From Callorhinchus milii (Eukaryota): a DNA stretch of 64,000 nucleotides. Positions within the stretch are counted from its first letter, which is position 1, and each line of letters opens with the position of its first letter. The position numbers and the translations under genes were made by a program. Where the stretch lies: contig NW_024704742.1 of assembly GCF_018977255.1 (NCBI RefSeq), positions 59,336,001-59,400,000 on the forward strand, given 5' to 3'. Below are positions 14,351 through 27,278 of the stretch, in pieces. Under the pieces are notes generated by a model. That model was not told the origin of the DNA. It ran no database searches and saw only the letters and a list, made by a program, of their open reading frames with translations.

Positions 14351-16654
14351 CGCTATCTGGGGTAATTCCTTGATACCTGATTGAAAAGGAATATAGATTG
14401 GCACCGGAGTGGATGGACTTGCAGTATTCACACTTTACAATGATTTCCAATTTGCAAATCACCTCCCAATTATAGGTTCAGTTGTTTTTACCTACATCAT
14501 CGATTGAACAAGTGGAAATATAGGGTACTGGAGTGGTGCCATTAGTTGGAACACTATACTTGCTATGCGCAAATGCCTAAGGAGTTTCACGTATCACAAA
14601 ATACAGTCAATCCACTTTACAGTATATACTGTGAAGCACTTTGAGACATCTCGATGACATGAAAGGCACTATATCAAATGCAAGGATGATTATTATTATT
14701 ACCTCTGTGCTTCATGGGTTTAGAATACAATCTTGACTAACTTCATATGAGTCCCATCTTTCTGCGAGATCTAACATCTTACATCTGAGATCTTCCTAAC
14801 TAACTTAAAACCAGGAAATATAAATCAACTATAAACACAGGAACTTTTCAGACAGGAAAGAATTTTAAATAGAATATCCCATGGGCAATATTATCATTGT
14901 ATTATCAGCAAAATCTTCAAGTTCACAAACGATAACAAATTCGAACAAAAGAAAAAAAATAAGAAATACTGCAAGCCAATTTGGAAGGATATGGACCGTT
15001 TAGGTGGCACAGGTCAGAAGAACCACAATGGTATTTTCTCATCATGTTCATTCCTATATTTCTACATGAATGCAGGCCAGTATGGATAAATGTGAAATAG
15101 CTGATGTGGGTACAAGAAACCAAAATTAGAGTAAGTATTCAATGGAGCAGGTAGGAAAATGATCCAGGAATTAAAGTGAATAAGCTCATGAAACTGTCAG
15201 TCTGGTTCTTGACAGAAGTAAAAAATGCAATAATATACAGAGTTGCACTAGCAGATTGAAAGAATACAAATCAAAATAGGCTATACTATTGTATAAAGTG
15301 CCAGTCAAGTGTCATTTAGAGTGCTGTGTTCAGTTCTGATCATCTTAACCTAGGAAGGATACTACAATAAAACTTGCATAAATCTGATCATACAATCGCC
15401 CAAGTCGTACATCTGCTCAAGTGTCATTCAAGAGTTTATATTCTGTACAAGTTTGACATAACCCATACTTTGCATCAGTCATATTAAATGTATGGTCCTA
15501 ACTGATACGACTTATGTGAGGATTCCTGTATCACAGAAGATGAATAATTTTAATGATTCTGGGTATCAGAAACTCAAGTCATGTAGAACAGCTGAGGAAG
15601 TCAGACACATTCCACTTGGAAAAGAAGACTTTCACACGACCTATTTTTACGGTTAAAAAAAAGGATGAAATTGGCAAATTGTTCTCTGCAGTGCAGTTTT
15701 TAAATAACAAGGGCATAAATTAAAAAGTAGAAAGTTAGGAGTAAGATGGCAAGTTAGATGGACAGGTTTTATACTAAGGATAATAAACCAATGGAATAAG
15801 TTATAGAAGTCCACTGAAGCCTGTGTTGATGGCTTTAATAATAATCCTTGCATTTGATACAGCTCGTTTCACGTCTTCTAGACGTCTCAAAGCGCTTCAC
15901 AAATTAGACTGTAAAATGAATTAACTGTATATTTGTGGGCGAAACACAGCAGCCAATTGCACATAGGAGTGTCCCACAAACAGTCGTGGATTGAAATGTC
16001 CAATTTATTATTATTTTTTAGGAATTATCATCAGACGTACAAAGAAAGTATAAAGAAACAGCTAGCTGCTGTTCTGTAGAGAAAAGGGATTGAGGGATAT
16101 GATGAAAAGACAGATATGGAGGGAGTTTGATCTACCAAGGTAGGACAGGCTTGCTGGACTGAATGACCTTTCCCAGATGCTAAAGCTCGTAAGTTCGTTC
16201 TGATCTCAATCCAATTCCTTGTGGGCAAAACATAGCAGCACAAAACAACCCATAATGAAGCAGTAATTGGCATTAATGTTTCAGACTTGCTCAAAGATGA
16301 CTTGTGGGAAATAGAAAATTCACACCGATGCAGCAGGGGTGCTGCTCTGAAGTTAGATTTAATGCTTATTATTGGGCAGAGTAGAAAGAGTTGTACTAAC
16401 CTAACCTGGCAGTGCTGCGTTCTGGTGCAATATCTGAATTATATTTTGATCTGCAGAACTTATCTCCTTCACCTTAATGACCAGAAATTCTCACTAAAAA
16501 TATATGCAAATGGGGCAAGAGGGGATTATCATTCATTTAACATATAAAGTTAAGAAAATGAAAGTACTGAACTCTTTACCAGTTGGACTGGTAAATTTGC
16601 AGTGAAGCTGGTTGTTTGAATGAATGTTCAGGCAGAAACTCTGATATTGGGAAT

Positions 16655-16830
16655 AAATAACTTCCGTTCTGACATTCTGAATCTCCCTCGCCCAAGGGCT
16701 ACCTACGGGCATGGGTGGGCCATATTAGTACCCAGGACTACTTATCACTGCGCTACCGCATACGTCCTTTTCCGGTTCTCTTCCCGCGCTTTCCACGCAG
16801 AGAGAGGCGGGAAAAGAACCAGAGCGAGAG
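16655..16830. promoter_or_regulatory. Small CpG-rich island with a hairpin and E2F/ETS-like motifs
   Basis: ACTTCCG, TTCCGG, TTCCCGC and GGCGGGAAA motifs; inverted repeat at 16774-16787 / 16807-16820. Confidence 0.35.
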
Positions 16831-16899
16831 TATGCATGTATCATTGTGTGTGTGTATGTATTTGTGTCCCGATCCACAATAAATTGGTGCTTACCCAAA

Positions 16900-17522
16900 C
16901 TTCCATTCCTAGCTACGCTACTGCCCTGGCCCTTCTTTCAAACTCACCGAACCAGTGCAGTCTCAGCATCCAATTTGATCCTCAACTCTATCTCCTTCCT
17001 CATATGTTCATCTTCTCCCAAGATTGCTCTTCTTCACTTCTGCCACATTGCCTGGCTCCGCCTCTATCTCACACCAAATGTCAACAAACTCTTGACCACC
17101 TCAACATTTCAAATGTACTCCTTGTCAGGCTCCCCATTTCCACCATCCATAAACTCCAGCTAATCCAAAACTCCCATCACCCACATCTTCACCTGCAACA
17201 AACACTGCACACCCATTAACCCAGTCCTCCTTAGGCTCCACCGGCTCCCAACTGATCAAATTTAAGGTCCTCACATACACCTGTAAATCCCTTCATACCC
17301 TAACACCTTTTCATCTCCATGAGCTTCTCCTCCCCTACTCTAATCATCCCCTTGCCTCAGAGGGCTCGGGCCTGCTATGCATCCCCTGTCCCTTACACCT
17401 TTAAGGTTACTACCGCTTTCTCCCCTCTTCTCTCTGTTCTTCCTTGCTCAGTGTCTGACTCTGCTGTAAAGCACTCCGAGACACTATACTACATGAATCA
17501 TAAATGCAAGTTGTTGTTGTTG
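16900..17522 (+). mobile_element. Highly degraded L2 3' portion
   Basis: IHKLQLIQNS motif; tail GCAAGTTGTTGTTG. Confidence 0.7.
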
Positions 17523-18580
17523 ATCATGCATTTAACTGTTTCCTTAAGAGGTGGCAGCTACTCAGTGCAACACAATGCCAATATGAAATATATGTACGTA
17601 TCTTGACATCGGGTACAATGAGCTGATGGAGCTGTAGTAGCAACCTTAACTGTGAGCAGCCACACTCCAAATAGTAATAATCATTGTATTTAATATTGTG
17701 TCTTACACATTGAGAGCTTGTCTCAATGAACTTCACAGGATACTTAAAGTGCTGTCCATTGCAGGAAAAATGCCTAAGCTGAAGTGGCTTTTACGATTCG
17801 TCCACAGTTTTTATGGTCGGACAGGTGTCGAACACATGCACCATCACCAGGCTTAAAAGTATCCAAGCTAGATTGAGAGTTCGCTTTATGTCACTTACAC
17901 ATGGAAATTCCAGTGTCTAGAATGGAATACACACTCTCTCCCTCCCACTTCCCACTGAGGGATGTGCCTTACTTACCTAATCTCAGAGAGTATTAGATGC
18001 AAATTGACAAGAGCCAAGGCTCTGGGAACCCAGAGTGTACTATTGTTGGAGTCTAACCATCTGAAACTGCATAGTTTGCCATTGAGAGAGTGCCGGCAAG
18101 TTTTCCCGCTACTTGCCATCTACGGACACCGTACCAAATGCCTCTAATCCAGTTTGTGAATATTTTCTTTTATCCTCCACACTGAGGGCACAGACTTCAA
18201 CAACAGTCAATGCTGGTGAGGCCAATGGTACTCCATAGAAAGACAAGCTGATCATCTGAAGCATCTGACATAAAACTAAAATACAATTCAGCCTTATTTT
18301 CTATAAAGATCTGGTGCACATAATTAAAATTCTACCCAAGTGTGCTTTCTGACACCCATCCACACTCTTTCTTCGTATACATCCACCACAATTCAGTTTC
18401 GAGAATCTTTCCTTTGTTTTCAAACCAATTTTGTGAGAGTTTAAATGAAGCAGCCAGAAAACTGTTGTGTAGTTATGCCTAATTTAGAACACCGTCATTG
18501 TAAAGGAAATTTTAAGCAGTTGTTATTAAAACAAGCAGAGCATAAGGTACTGCAGTTCTCTGGCAGCAGGGACCACTTAC

Positions 18581-18737
18581 AGACTCTCAATGAATGTCAC
18601 CATGTCAAGGTTTGATTGTAGTGCACGGCAGGCACTGCAAATGAATCTTGATATTGCAGCAAGAGTCAGCAAGCTGAGTTCTCTACATCAGTGCAGGCAG
18701 AAAACTGTATCACTCCCAGTAGCACTGATGAGAACAG
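18581..18737 (-). pseudogene. Candidate exon E (phase 0 to 1)
   Basis: TTTATCTGTTCCCAACAG acceptor, GTAAGT donor. Translation LFSSVLLGVIQFSACTDVENSAC*LLLQYQDSFAVPAVHYNQTLTW*HSLRV. Confidence 0.55.
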
Positions 18738-20006
18738 CTGTTGGGAACAGATAAATTATAAATGACTGCTCAACGGATTTTACCTTGGAAGCCCAAGTGC
18801 CAAGAGATAAAATAATTAATTATACAAAATTACAGCAATTTAAAGAGGTCTTGTTGCTTTTTCAGTGAATTTTGGGGAGGTTTGTGTTCTTGAACATCCA
18901 GTACTAAATTCTGATCCCTGGAGCTGTCATATTGTGCACGGGGGAACGTATCTTTGAGGCAGGAGCAGGTTTAGATCCAGCTAAAACATTAATGTGTAAT
19001 TTTTGTGGAGCAATATTAGGTTTAATCTACTTTCAAAATCTGCCTCCCCCTCACACCAGTAGAATTGTCTTTTTATAACAATAAATAATACTTGCATGGG
19101 AATAGCGCCTTTCACGTTGTTGAGATGTCTCAAAAGCGCCTATCACAGCGTCAATGTATTATAGAAATTAATGTGACCAGCCTAAAATTCCACCTAGTCA
19201 TGTCCAGTTCAAGTCATTTTGTCTCAAAATTTAAGACAGCCCTAATTTGTGGAAAATTCTTAATTTGAAAATCACCTTTTATTGGAAAAAAAAGACTAAA
19301 AACAATGGTAAGAATTTTCCACAATTTGGTCTGTTTTGAAGACAGAATGGACTTACAGGTGGAAGTTCAGCCCTGTGATATCTACACAAAACACCACTGA
19401 CACATTTCTACTAAACCTTTTCAGTGGATGTCCCATTAAAGTGTCTGTATCCAGGTCTGCATTCCTTTAAAAGTATCAGTTGCAAGAATTTTCTTTGCGA
19501 CTAACAATCACTGTTTTTTAATATACTGTAAAGTGACTATTTTTTGTGGGTGAAACACAGCAGGCAGTTGCGCACAGCAGTGTCCTACAAACAGTTGAGG
19601 ATTGAGTGACCAAATTATTATTATTATTTTTTTGAAGGGATTATTACCCCCAGAAAGCGATCCGCCAATTGAGCAACAAACGGGTTCCTATTTACTGCTA
19701 GATAAACAGAGGCGTGTGGAGTAAGGAAACTTGCCTAAGATTTCGCCCTGCCCAGGAATCGAATTCGAGTCCCCTCGTTCGCGAGGCGAGTGCTCTAACT
19801 AATATGTTACAGGAATCCAGTAACTAAGTAAACTCTCGCACAATGCCAAAGGACAGCAGTTTAGCTGAGCTTCTTGGTTTTTTTTGTTAGCTGTGTGTAA
19901 AACAATGATGTCAGTTCATCTCTCTCACACTGTCAGGTTAAATAACACCTCAAAACATTTGCTCTTTCAACATTTGTTACGATATCATTTGAACCCTGAA
20001 ACTTAC

Positions 20007-20099
20007 TGGCAGGTCTGAGGAAATTCCTCTCTTCCTGGGCCAACAGGTTGTGTATTTTGTTCGCTCAATGGCTCAGGAAATATTACAAGAATAAAGATC
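20007..20099 (-). pseudogene. Candidate exon D (phase 0 to 0)
   Basis: TTTATTTCTGATGTTTCAG acceptor, GTAAGT donor, 98-nt intron from exon C. Translation DLYSCNIS*AIERTKYTTCWPRKRGISSDLP. Confidence 0.55.
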
Positions 20100-20197
20100 C
20101 TGAAACATCAGAAATAAATTAATTACAGTAATGTTAACTCAAAACTACAGTACTAAAATATTAAACACTATTTTGCATGAAAAATTAAACTCTTTAC

Positions 20198-20316
20198 CTC
20201 TGGTAATCCTTTCATCCCTTTCCAATATTGCTTTTTCCCTATTAAATCTGTTGTTTTTAATGTTTTAACTCCAATTTTACTTAATTCTCATTCAATTGAA
20301 CATATTCCAATTTAAT
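20198..20316 (-). pseudogene. Candidate exon C (phase 1 to 0)
   Basis: ATATTTTATTAG acceptor, with same-phase alternatives near 20247 and 20238; GTAAAG donor. Translation D*IGICSIE*ELSKIGVKTLKTTDLIGKKQYWKGMKGLPE. Confidence 0.5.
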
Positions 20317-23300
20317 CTAATAAAATATTCACATTTTGCACATTTCTATTGCCTTCTCTCTTCCAGGTCCAATCTTCCAGTTTATAAATTGAAACATTAT
20401 TTTTAAAAAAGTATTCACCTTGCTAATGATAAGCTTTTAAATACATTTTTCACAAGATCACAAGGTTGAAGAAGGTCCTTCAGCCCATCCATCTCATTCC
20501 TCCAGAACACCCACCCTATGTGCTCAATCCACTTTACAATATACCTGTGAAGCACTTTGAGAAGTCTCAATGACATGTTAAGGTGCTATATCAAATGCAA
20601 CAATAATGAATCCACAACCAGGCCGACATGCGTGTTGGAATTAGGCAAAGTTTTAGTTCTGCGTGACTAATAAAATTGAGTCAAATTGAAGTATTACTGA
20701 ATATTTTATTTGAGCAGTGGTGTTAAAATCAGTTTTTGAAATACCAATACTGCCTACACTATTTGAGTTTTAAACTCAAATGATATCCCCAACTCATAAA
20801 GAATTTAACCCATATTCTCTGACTAAGCTCAGAAGGGTTACTTTCTTCGCTCAAAATGATCTCCATTAAGGTGGAATGCAAGATGGTGGCACGCCAGCTG
20901 TTTGAACCAGATTTGGAAGTTAATTCAACACACATTTTAACATGGTTCCTTATGTGTTTAGGAATGCCGTACATTTGATCCCATAATAAAATCTGTCCAG
21001 GTTTGAAGTAATTTACAAGCAATTTAAATCCATATGGCACCTGTGCCCTAATTTAATAAAATATTCTATACTATTTTTTGTTCATGCAATTGATCCATTG
21101 ACTTGGGCCACATTCACATTAGGATGGATCTGTGACACTAATTCTTCAGGATCCATGTCAAAATAGAGGCAGCTTTGTGGGATCTGTTAAGTGATGTTGA
21201 GCCACCCTCTGGGCTTGTCTAGTCCTCAGATAAATTATACAAATACAAACCAAGGATCTGTGAATTTATTCCACTTTTAAGGAAAATCTGATAATTCATT
21301 CATGGAATAAATTCTGTATTCCACATTCCCTGTTGAATGTCTTCTATCTCAAAAATTGCTCTTGCTGATGCAAATATAGGAATGCCTTAGAATTTCAGCT
21401 GCACCATTGTTTTTAATGTTTATCTTTTTATTGTACCTTGTGTCGTGTCAACTTTCTTAACTACTGCACCAAGCTCTTTGACAACTGAAACCTGAACTCA
21501 GCATTTTGCAAGTTGTCTTGACTATGAGGTATCTTTAACAGGATGTGAGAATAGGTTTCTGGAAAGCCAATTATTATATATTATCCAAAATCAGTTTTTG
21601 AAATAAGCATGTCTGACAATGCAGTAGACCCAAGCCCATTAATACTTGTATTTGATATACTGGCCAGAACATCAAAATATCTCAAAGCAGTATGACGTTT
21701 TCTGCAGATAAATAGTCAGGGAGAGTGTTAAACTTGGAGATCAGACTGGATTGCATGATCTGTAAATCTGGTACTTTGACAACTTGATCGAATCTACTTG
21801 AATTTGTGTACAGCAGGAGCTGAATTCTGGAGCAATACATAATAACAAATCGCTTTTATATAGTGGCTTTCATGTTGGGAGGTCCCAAGGCACTGGGCAG
21901 TCGAGGGTTTGCATCCAAACTGCGTGTTGGATTCATGAGAGTTGGGGCCAAGGGCGGGGGTGGAGGTGGGAATGATGACTGTAGCCCAGTCAAAGAAGAA
22001 GTTATTAAGACAGACTTTGAAGGAGGTGAGGGAAAGGGTGAGGGAAAGGGTCTTTGATAATCTTCTACATAGCTCTTCTATCTATCATTATTATACACAC
22101 TAAGAAAATGGCAATGTCTGTCTGGGCTTCAAGAAGGATCTCAAAAACCGACTGACATAGAAACATGATTAATATCTCATTGGAAAGATCTTGCAACTGG
22201 GAGTGACATTGGTATAATTGTTTTCAGGTATCTTCTATCGTTCATGAGTTATTTTCAGTTTTGCATATTTTTTTCGCTGCAGTTACAACTGGTGTCTGTC
22301 GAGTCAAAGTGGCACTGTGGCATCATTTATCACAGACCACCTACATATGTATGCACATATTGCAATTATACCTGGTGGATGCGCTGGCTGACCATGGCGC
22401 TGCGGCATTTTGCATCACAGAGCATGCACGTGGCCAAGTGACAGGAACAAAATAAAGAATACAGACAAAGCTAAGCCGCGGCAATAACAACAAAACTCCA
22501 TTTTTCATCCCGCTACTTTGCTTTCATTATTGTTGTTCCCTACCCATTTTGGACCCCACACCCTAACTCAGGTAGTACGGTGAAGTGCTTTGAAGCATCT
22601 TTCTGAAGTGAAAAGTTGCCTGTCTTGTGGAAATGGGTCACCAGAATGAAGCGAGGTGATTGAGGCCACAACTTTGGAAATGATTCTGTAATCATTTTAA
22701 TCGCTTGCTAATTGTATAGTTAAGGCTTCTTGTTGTTCCCTCTGTATACATGTTTAAGACTTTCCATAAATTAGACCCAAGTATAAATGCTGAAGAAACC
22801 CCACAGGTAAAAACAAAATGTTTCACTATGGGATCAAGCAGGAAAATAGATATCAAAAATGGACCTTTACTTTTTCATGTTGTGCTCTTAAGGTGCATGC
22901 TGGTGATTCAGGGACAAGTATCACAGTCCATGTTGTGTAGATGTGAAAGAGTCTAGATCTGAACGCAGAAGTTCTACCCAGATAAACAATAGACAGCACA
23001 TATGAAAAGAACAGATATTGTCCCATATCGTGCTGGGTCTTTTTTTTCTTTCTAACTTTTTGTTTTATGGGGATGAAGCTTTCAATTTCTCTGCTGCCTA
23101 CTTGAAACAAAAATAGAACAACAAAGAAAGCATTCTGGTAAACTTGGAGCAAACTAAAGAATGTTTCTTGCTGATTCAATCTCCCCTTTGTCGAAAGGAG
23201 AGCAACAATCTGGATGGTGCCTGTAAAGTTTATACAGCAACAAAGAAAGGTTTAGAAAAAGAAATCTCACTTTGAAAAAAGCCCGGTGCTGAATCCCTAC

Positions 23301-23627
23301 TGATAGAGTGATGCAGCAAGCCGGGAATCCAAGTTCTTTTCAAAAATAACACTTGGCATTTGCTTGCTTTGTTGGGAGTGAAATGCAAGAGTAGGATGGT
23401 CCTATGAATTAAACAATTGGAAAATTCCTGCCGAGTTGGCCCCACAGAAGTCATCGCTGGTGCATTCATAAATAATATCAATCAAAAAATAGCGCATAGA
23501 CAAGAAATGCATGAATAATAAATTGGAGCATTTTAAATTAATAACTTATTTTTCAGAGTTAATTGTCTTGGCTGGTTTCAGTCAGGTTGATGTGGGAATT
23601 ATTTACATTTTGGCCAATAAGGGTTTG

Positions 23628-25028
23628 TTCGCCCATAGCACAGAAACTGCCCTGGTCAAGGTCACCAATGATATCCTGACCATCTTTGACCAGGGCTCCC
23701 TCTGTCTCCTCGTCCTCCTCGACCTATCGGCAGCATTCGATACGGTCGACCACGCTATCCTACTCCACCGCTTGTCCTCCCACCTCAACCTTCAAGGCAC
23801 TGTCCTTGAGTGGTTTAGGTCGTACCTTTCTCACCATCTTCACTTTGTCTCTACAAATGGCTTCTCCTCCACCCCCCACACTGTCTCATCTGGTGTCCCT
23901 CAGGGCTCTGTCCTCGGTCCCCTCCTCTTCACCCTCTATATGCTCCCCCTTGGTGACATCATCCGCAGACATGGAGTTAACTTCCACATGTATGCGGATG
24001 ACACCCAACTCTACCTTTCCTCCTCTACTCTCAACTCCACGACCACCGATGTCCTGACAGCTGCCTGTCCGACATCGAGTCCTGGACGAGAGACAACTTT
24101 CTTCAGCTCAACGTGCGAAAAACCGAGGCCCTCCTGATTGGCTCACGTCAGCGCCTCCGCACCTCAGGCGCTGACACCATCAGCATCCAAGGCTGCACTC
24201 TCCACCTCTCAAAGCCAGTCAGGAACCTCGGCGTTTTGTTCGACCCTGAGCTCTCCTTTCTCCCTCACATCCGCACCACAACTGGCACCGCCTTCCATCA
24301 CCTCCGGAATGTCGCCAGACTACGGCACTACCTCACCCCTCACGCTGCTGAAACCCTGGTCCACGCCTTTGTCACCTCAAGGCTGGACTATGGGAACTCT
24401 CTCCTCGCCGGCCTTCCCGGCACCTCCCTCCACAAGCTGCAGGTCATTCAGAACTCTGCAGCTCGTGTACTGTCCCGCACCAGGACCACATCACTCCCAC
24501 CCTCGCTCGCCTCCACTGGCTCCCCATCCCCCAGAGGATCGAATTCAAGATCCTCATCCTCACCTATAAGGCCATCCACGGCCTTGCTCCCTCCTACCTC
24601 TCTGACCTACTATCCCCCTACCTACCTGCCCGTACCCTCCGTTCCTCCCGCTCCGGTCTGCTCCACGTCCCCCGCCCCAATCGCCCTACCATCGGTGGTC
24701 GGGCCTTCAGCCTCTCAGCCCCGAGGCTCTGGAGCTCTATTCCCCAGTGCCTTCGCCGCCTCCTCCCTCTCCTCCTTCAAGGCCGGTCTCAAAACCTTTC
24801 TCTTTGACCGAGCCTTCAGCTCCCCTCTCGACTCTCTTCCCCCTCCTCGCTCCCTCCCTTCCCTCCCCTCACCCTGACCATTTCCCCCCTCCTCGCTCCC
24901 TCCCTTCCCTCCCCTCACCCTGACCATTTCCCCCTGCTCGGGTCCTGACCCAACTGTGCAGCGCCTTGGGACGTCCTCCTGACGTGAAAGGCGCTTTATA
25001 AATGGAATCTTGTTGTCTTGTTGTTGTT
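23628..25028 (+). mobile_element. Young 5'-truncated L2 family A copy
   Basis: Near-identical by eye to ~35875-37283, including the duplicated 3' UTR unit, stem-loop and (TTG)n tail. A few small deletions cause frameshifts. Confidence 0.95.
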
Positions 25029-26469
25029 TTCTCTGATGGATAATAAGCATGTTATCTATTACCTATTCATGCTTACTAACCTTGTTTGGGTAATTCGCAT
25101 GGTAAGCAATTTCCCAAATGCTATGTGTATATGGAGGTTCATTCAAAGTAGCCAGTCTTTGCACCTCAAAAATGCAATAACCTTAAGGCTGCCAGTAGTC
25201 CACAAGTCCCTTAGGGTTTTTAAACCCTTGCACAATAATGGTGAAAAAAATCTTAAAGCTGCTACAGCAAAGCTACTGGAACCACAGGATACATTTATTA
25301 TTTTAATCTAAACTAATAAAATATTAGAAGCACAATCTTAAATAAAAGCACAATATTTGAAATATTTTACCTGTTCTCATTCTGTTTCCATGATGACTCA
25401 TTTCATCCACAATCACTCTCTGACCTATATTACATTTTAATACCTTATTTATTCTACCTCAGCTAATCCTCCCCACCCCTCCACCCCCACTTTTACTAAA
25501 ACGTTTACCCACCTTTCCTCTTCTGCTATCTTTGTCCATACTGGAAATGGGAGAGATTTTTTTTATTATTATTTTTTAAAACTCTTGTTTCCATGGGTGA
25601 ACATTGGATTGGAAAGGATTAGAAGTCCAGGAAGTGGAGATTAACACTTTATAAATCTAACTGGGTCAATCACAAAAATCATGGCAAAACCATGTGTTAT
25701 CTAAAAATATACTCATGTGAGTCCCAACGTATGTCTGTCGTTCCCTTCCCACCACCCCCATCCCCAACACTGTATAGCTAATTACTTATCTGCTTTTACT
25801 CTGGAGTGCTGCATTGTTCAGGAGTGACATCCTTCCGATGAAATTTTAAACCATGCTTATTCAGGTGGACGCTTGAGATCCTGCCTTTTATTATTTTGTC
25901 CAGTGCGTAGAAGAGTGAAATCACACACTGTGTTGGAAGGAATAGTCAAAGACACAACACGTAACTTCGTGCCCCTTAAATCTTCTTCAAACTACTTCAC
26001 TTTGCTCATTGGAGACCAAACGGTTGAATATATTACTCATCGTCACTATCATTGTCCCAATGGCTCTTTTTAGAAACTAAGAAATAGGCGCTATATAATA
26101 ATGAACAAGTGAAATGATGCAGCCATAAACTTTGTATTAGAGTTTGTAGGATGATGATATGAACTCTACTATTTTTGGGTTGGCTAAAATATTCCAAACT
26201 AAATTACAAGACAAATTTGACAAAGGATGCTAAAATAATAAATTGCATTTATATAGTACCCTTCACATAGGATAATGTCTAGGAAAGTTTCACAGTAACA
26301 GCTGTGACACTGGCATATATTGTAATTACACATGAATTTAGGTACAGGAGAAAGCCATGTGGGCCATTCCATTGCATACCATTCCATGGCATTATGTAGT
26401 ATAATCTCATCCTTGAAACTCAGTTTATTTAGTATCTATGGCTTCACAGGCAGCAGATTCCAAAATTGT

Positions 26470-27278
26470 AATACTACAACAACAAGATTACAATTGTATA
26501 GTGCCTTTCACGTTGGGAGCACATCCCAAGGCGCTGGACAGTGTATAGCATTTCAGACCTGAGCTGGAGTCAGGGAGGGGGGAGAAGGGAGGGGAGGGGA
26601 AGGGGGGTGGCCAATGGCATGGTTGAAGAGGAGGGTCTTGAGGCACGACTTGAAGGAGGCTAAGGAGGGGGTGAGGCGGAGTAATTGGTGGATGGAATTC
26701 CAGAGGTTGGGATCAGAGTGGCTGAAGCCTCTCCCGCCAATGGTGGAGCAGGCCAGAGCCGGCTGAACGGAGGGAATGGGCAGGTTGGTAGTGGGTTAGG
26801 AGGTCACAGAGATAGGGTGGGGTGAGGCCATGGAGGGCTTTGTAGGTGAGGACCAGGATCTTGAACTGGATCCTCTGAAGGATAGGGAGCCAATGTAGTC
26901 GGGCGAGAATGGGGGAGATGGAGTCACAGAGTTTGGTGCGGGAGAGGACACGGGCTGCAGAGTTCTGGATTATCTGCACCTGTGGAGGGAGGAGTTGGGA
27001 AGGCTGACAAGCAGAGCGTTTGCATAGTCGAGCCTGGAGGTGATGAAGGCAAGAACAAGAGTTTCAGAGGCCTGAGGGATGAGGTAGTGGTGGAGTCGGG
27101 CGATGTTATGGAGGTGAAGGAAAGCAGAGCGGGTCATGGCTTGAATATGGGGAAGAAGACAGTTGAGGGTCGAACAAGACACCTCGGTTCCTGACTGGCT
27201 TGGTGAGTTGTAGTGAGCAATCACGGAGGTTGATGCTGCCAGAGCCTGAGGTACAGAGGCGCTGGCGTGAGCCAATCT
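26470..27278 (-). mobile_element. L2 3' fragment
   Basis: Minus ORFs SRLDYANALL and [16 protein letters not shown]2 tail near 26475. Confidence 0.9.

Noticed and set aside
13833..14383. ~30-bp duplication around an L2 as a long TSD
   Set aside because: The left copy is ~30 bp away from the L2 tail, so it is not a clean TSD.
25369..25422. Open phase 1-1 minus-strand exon candidate (QRVIVDEMSHHGNRMRT)
   Set aside because: The acceptor lacks a pyrimidine tract, and it is not needed to join exons B and C.
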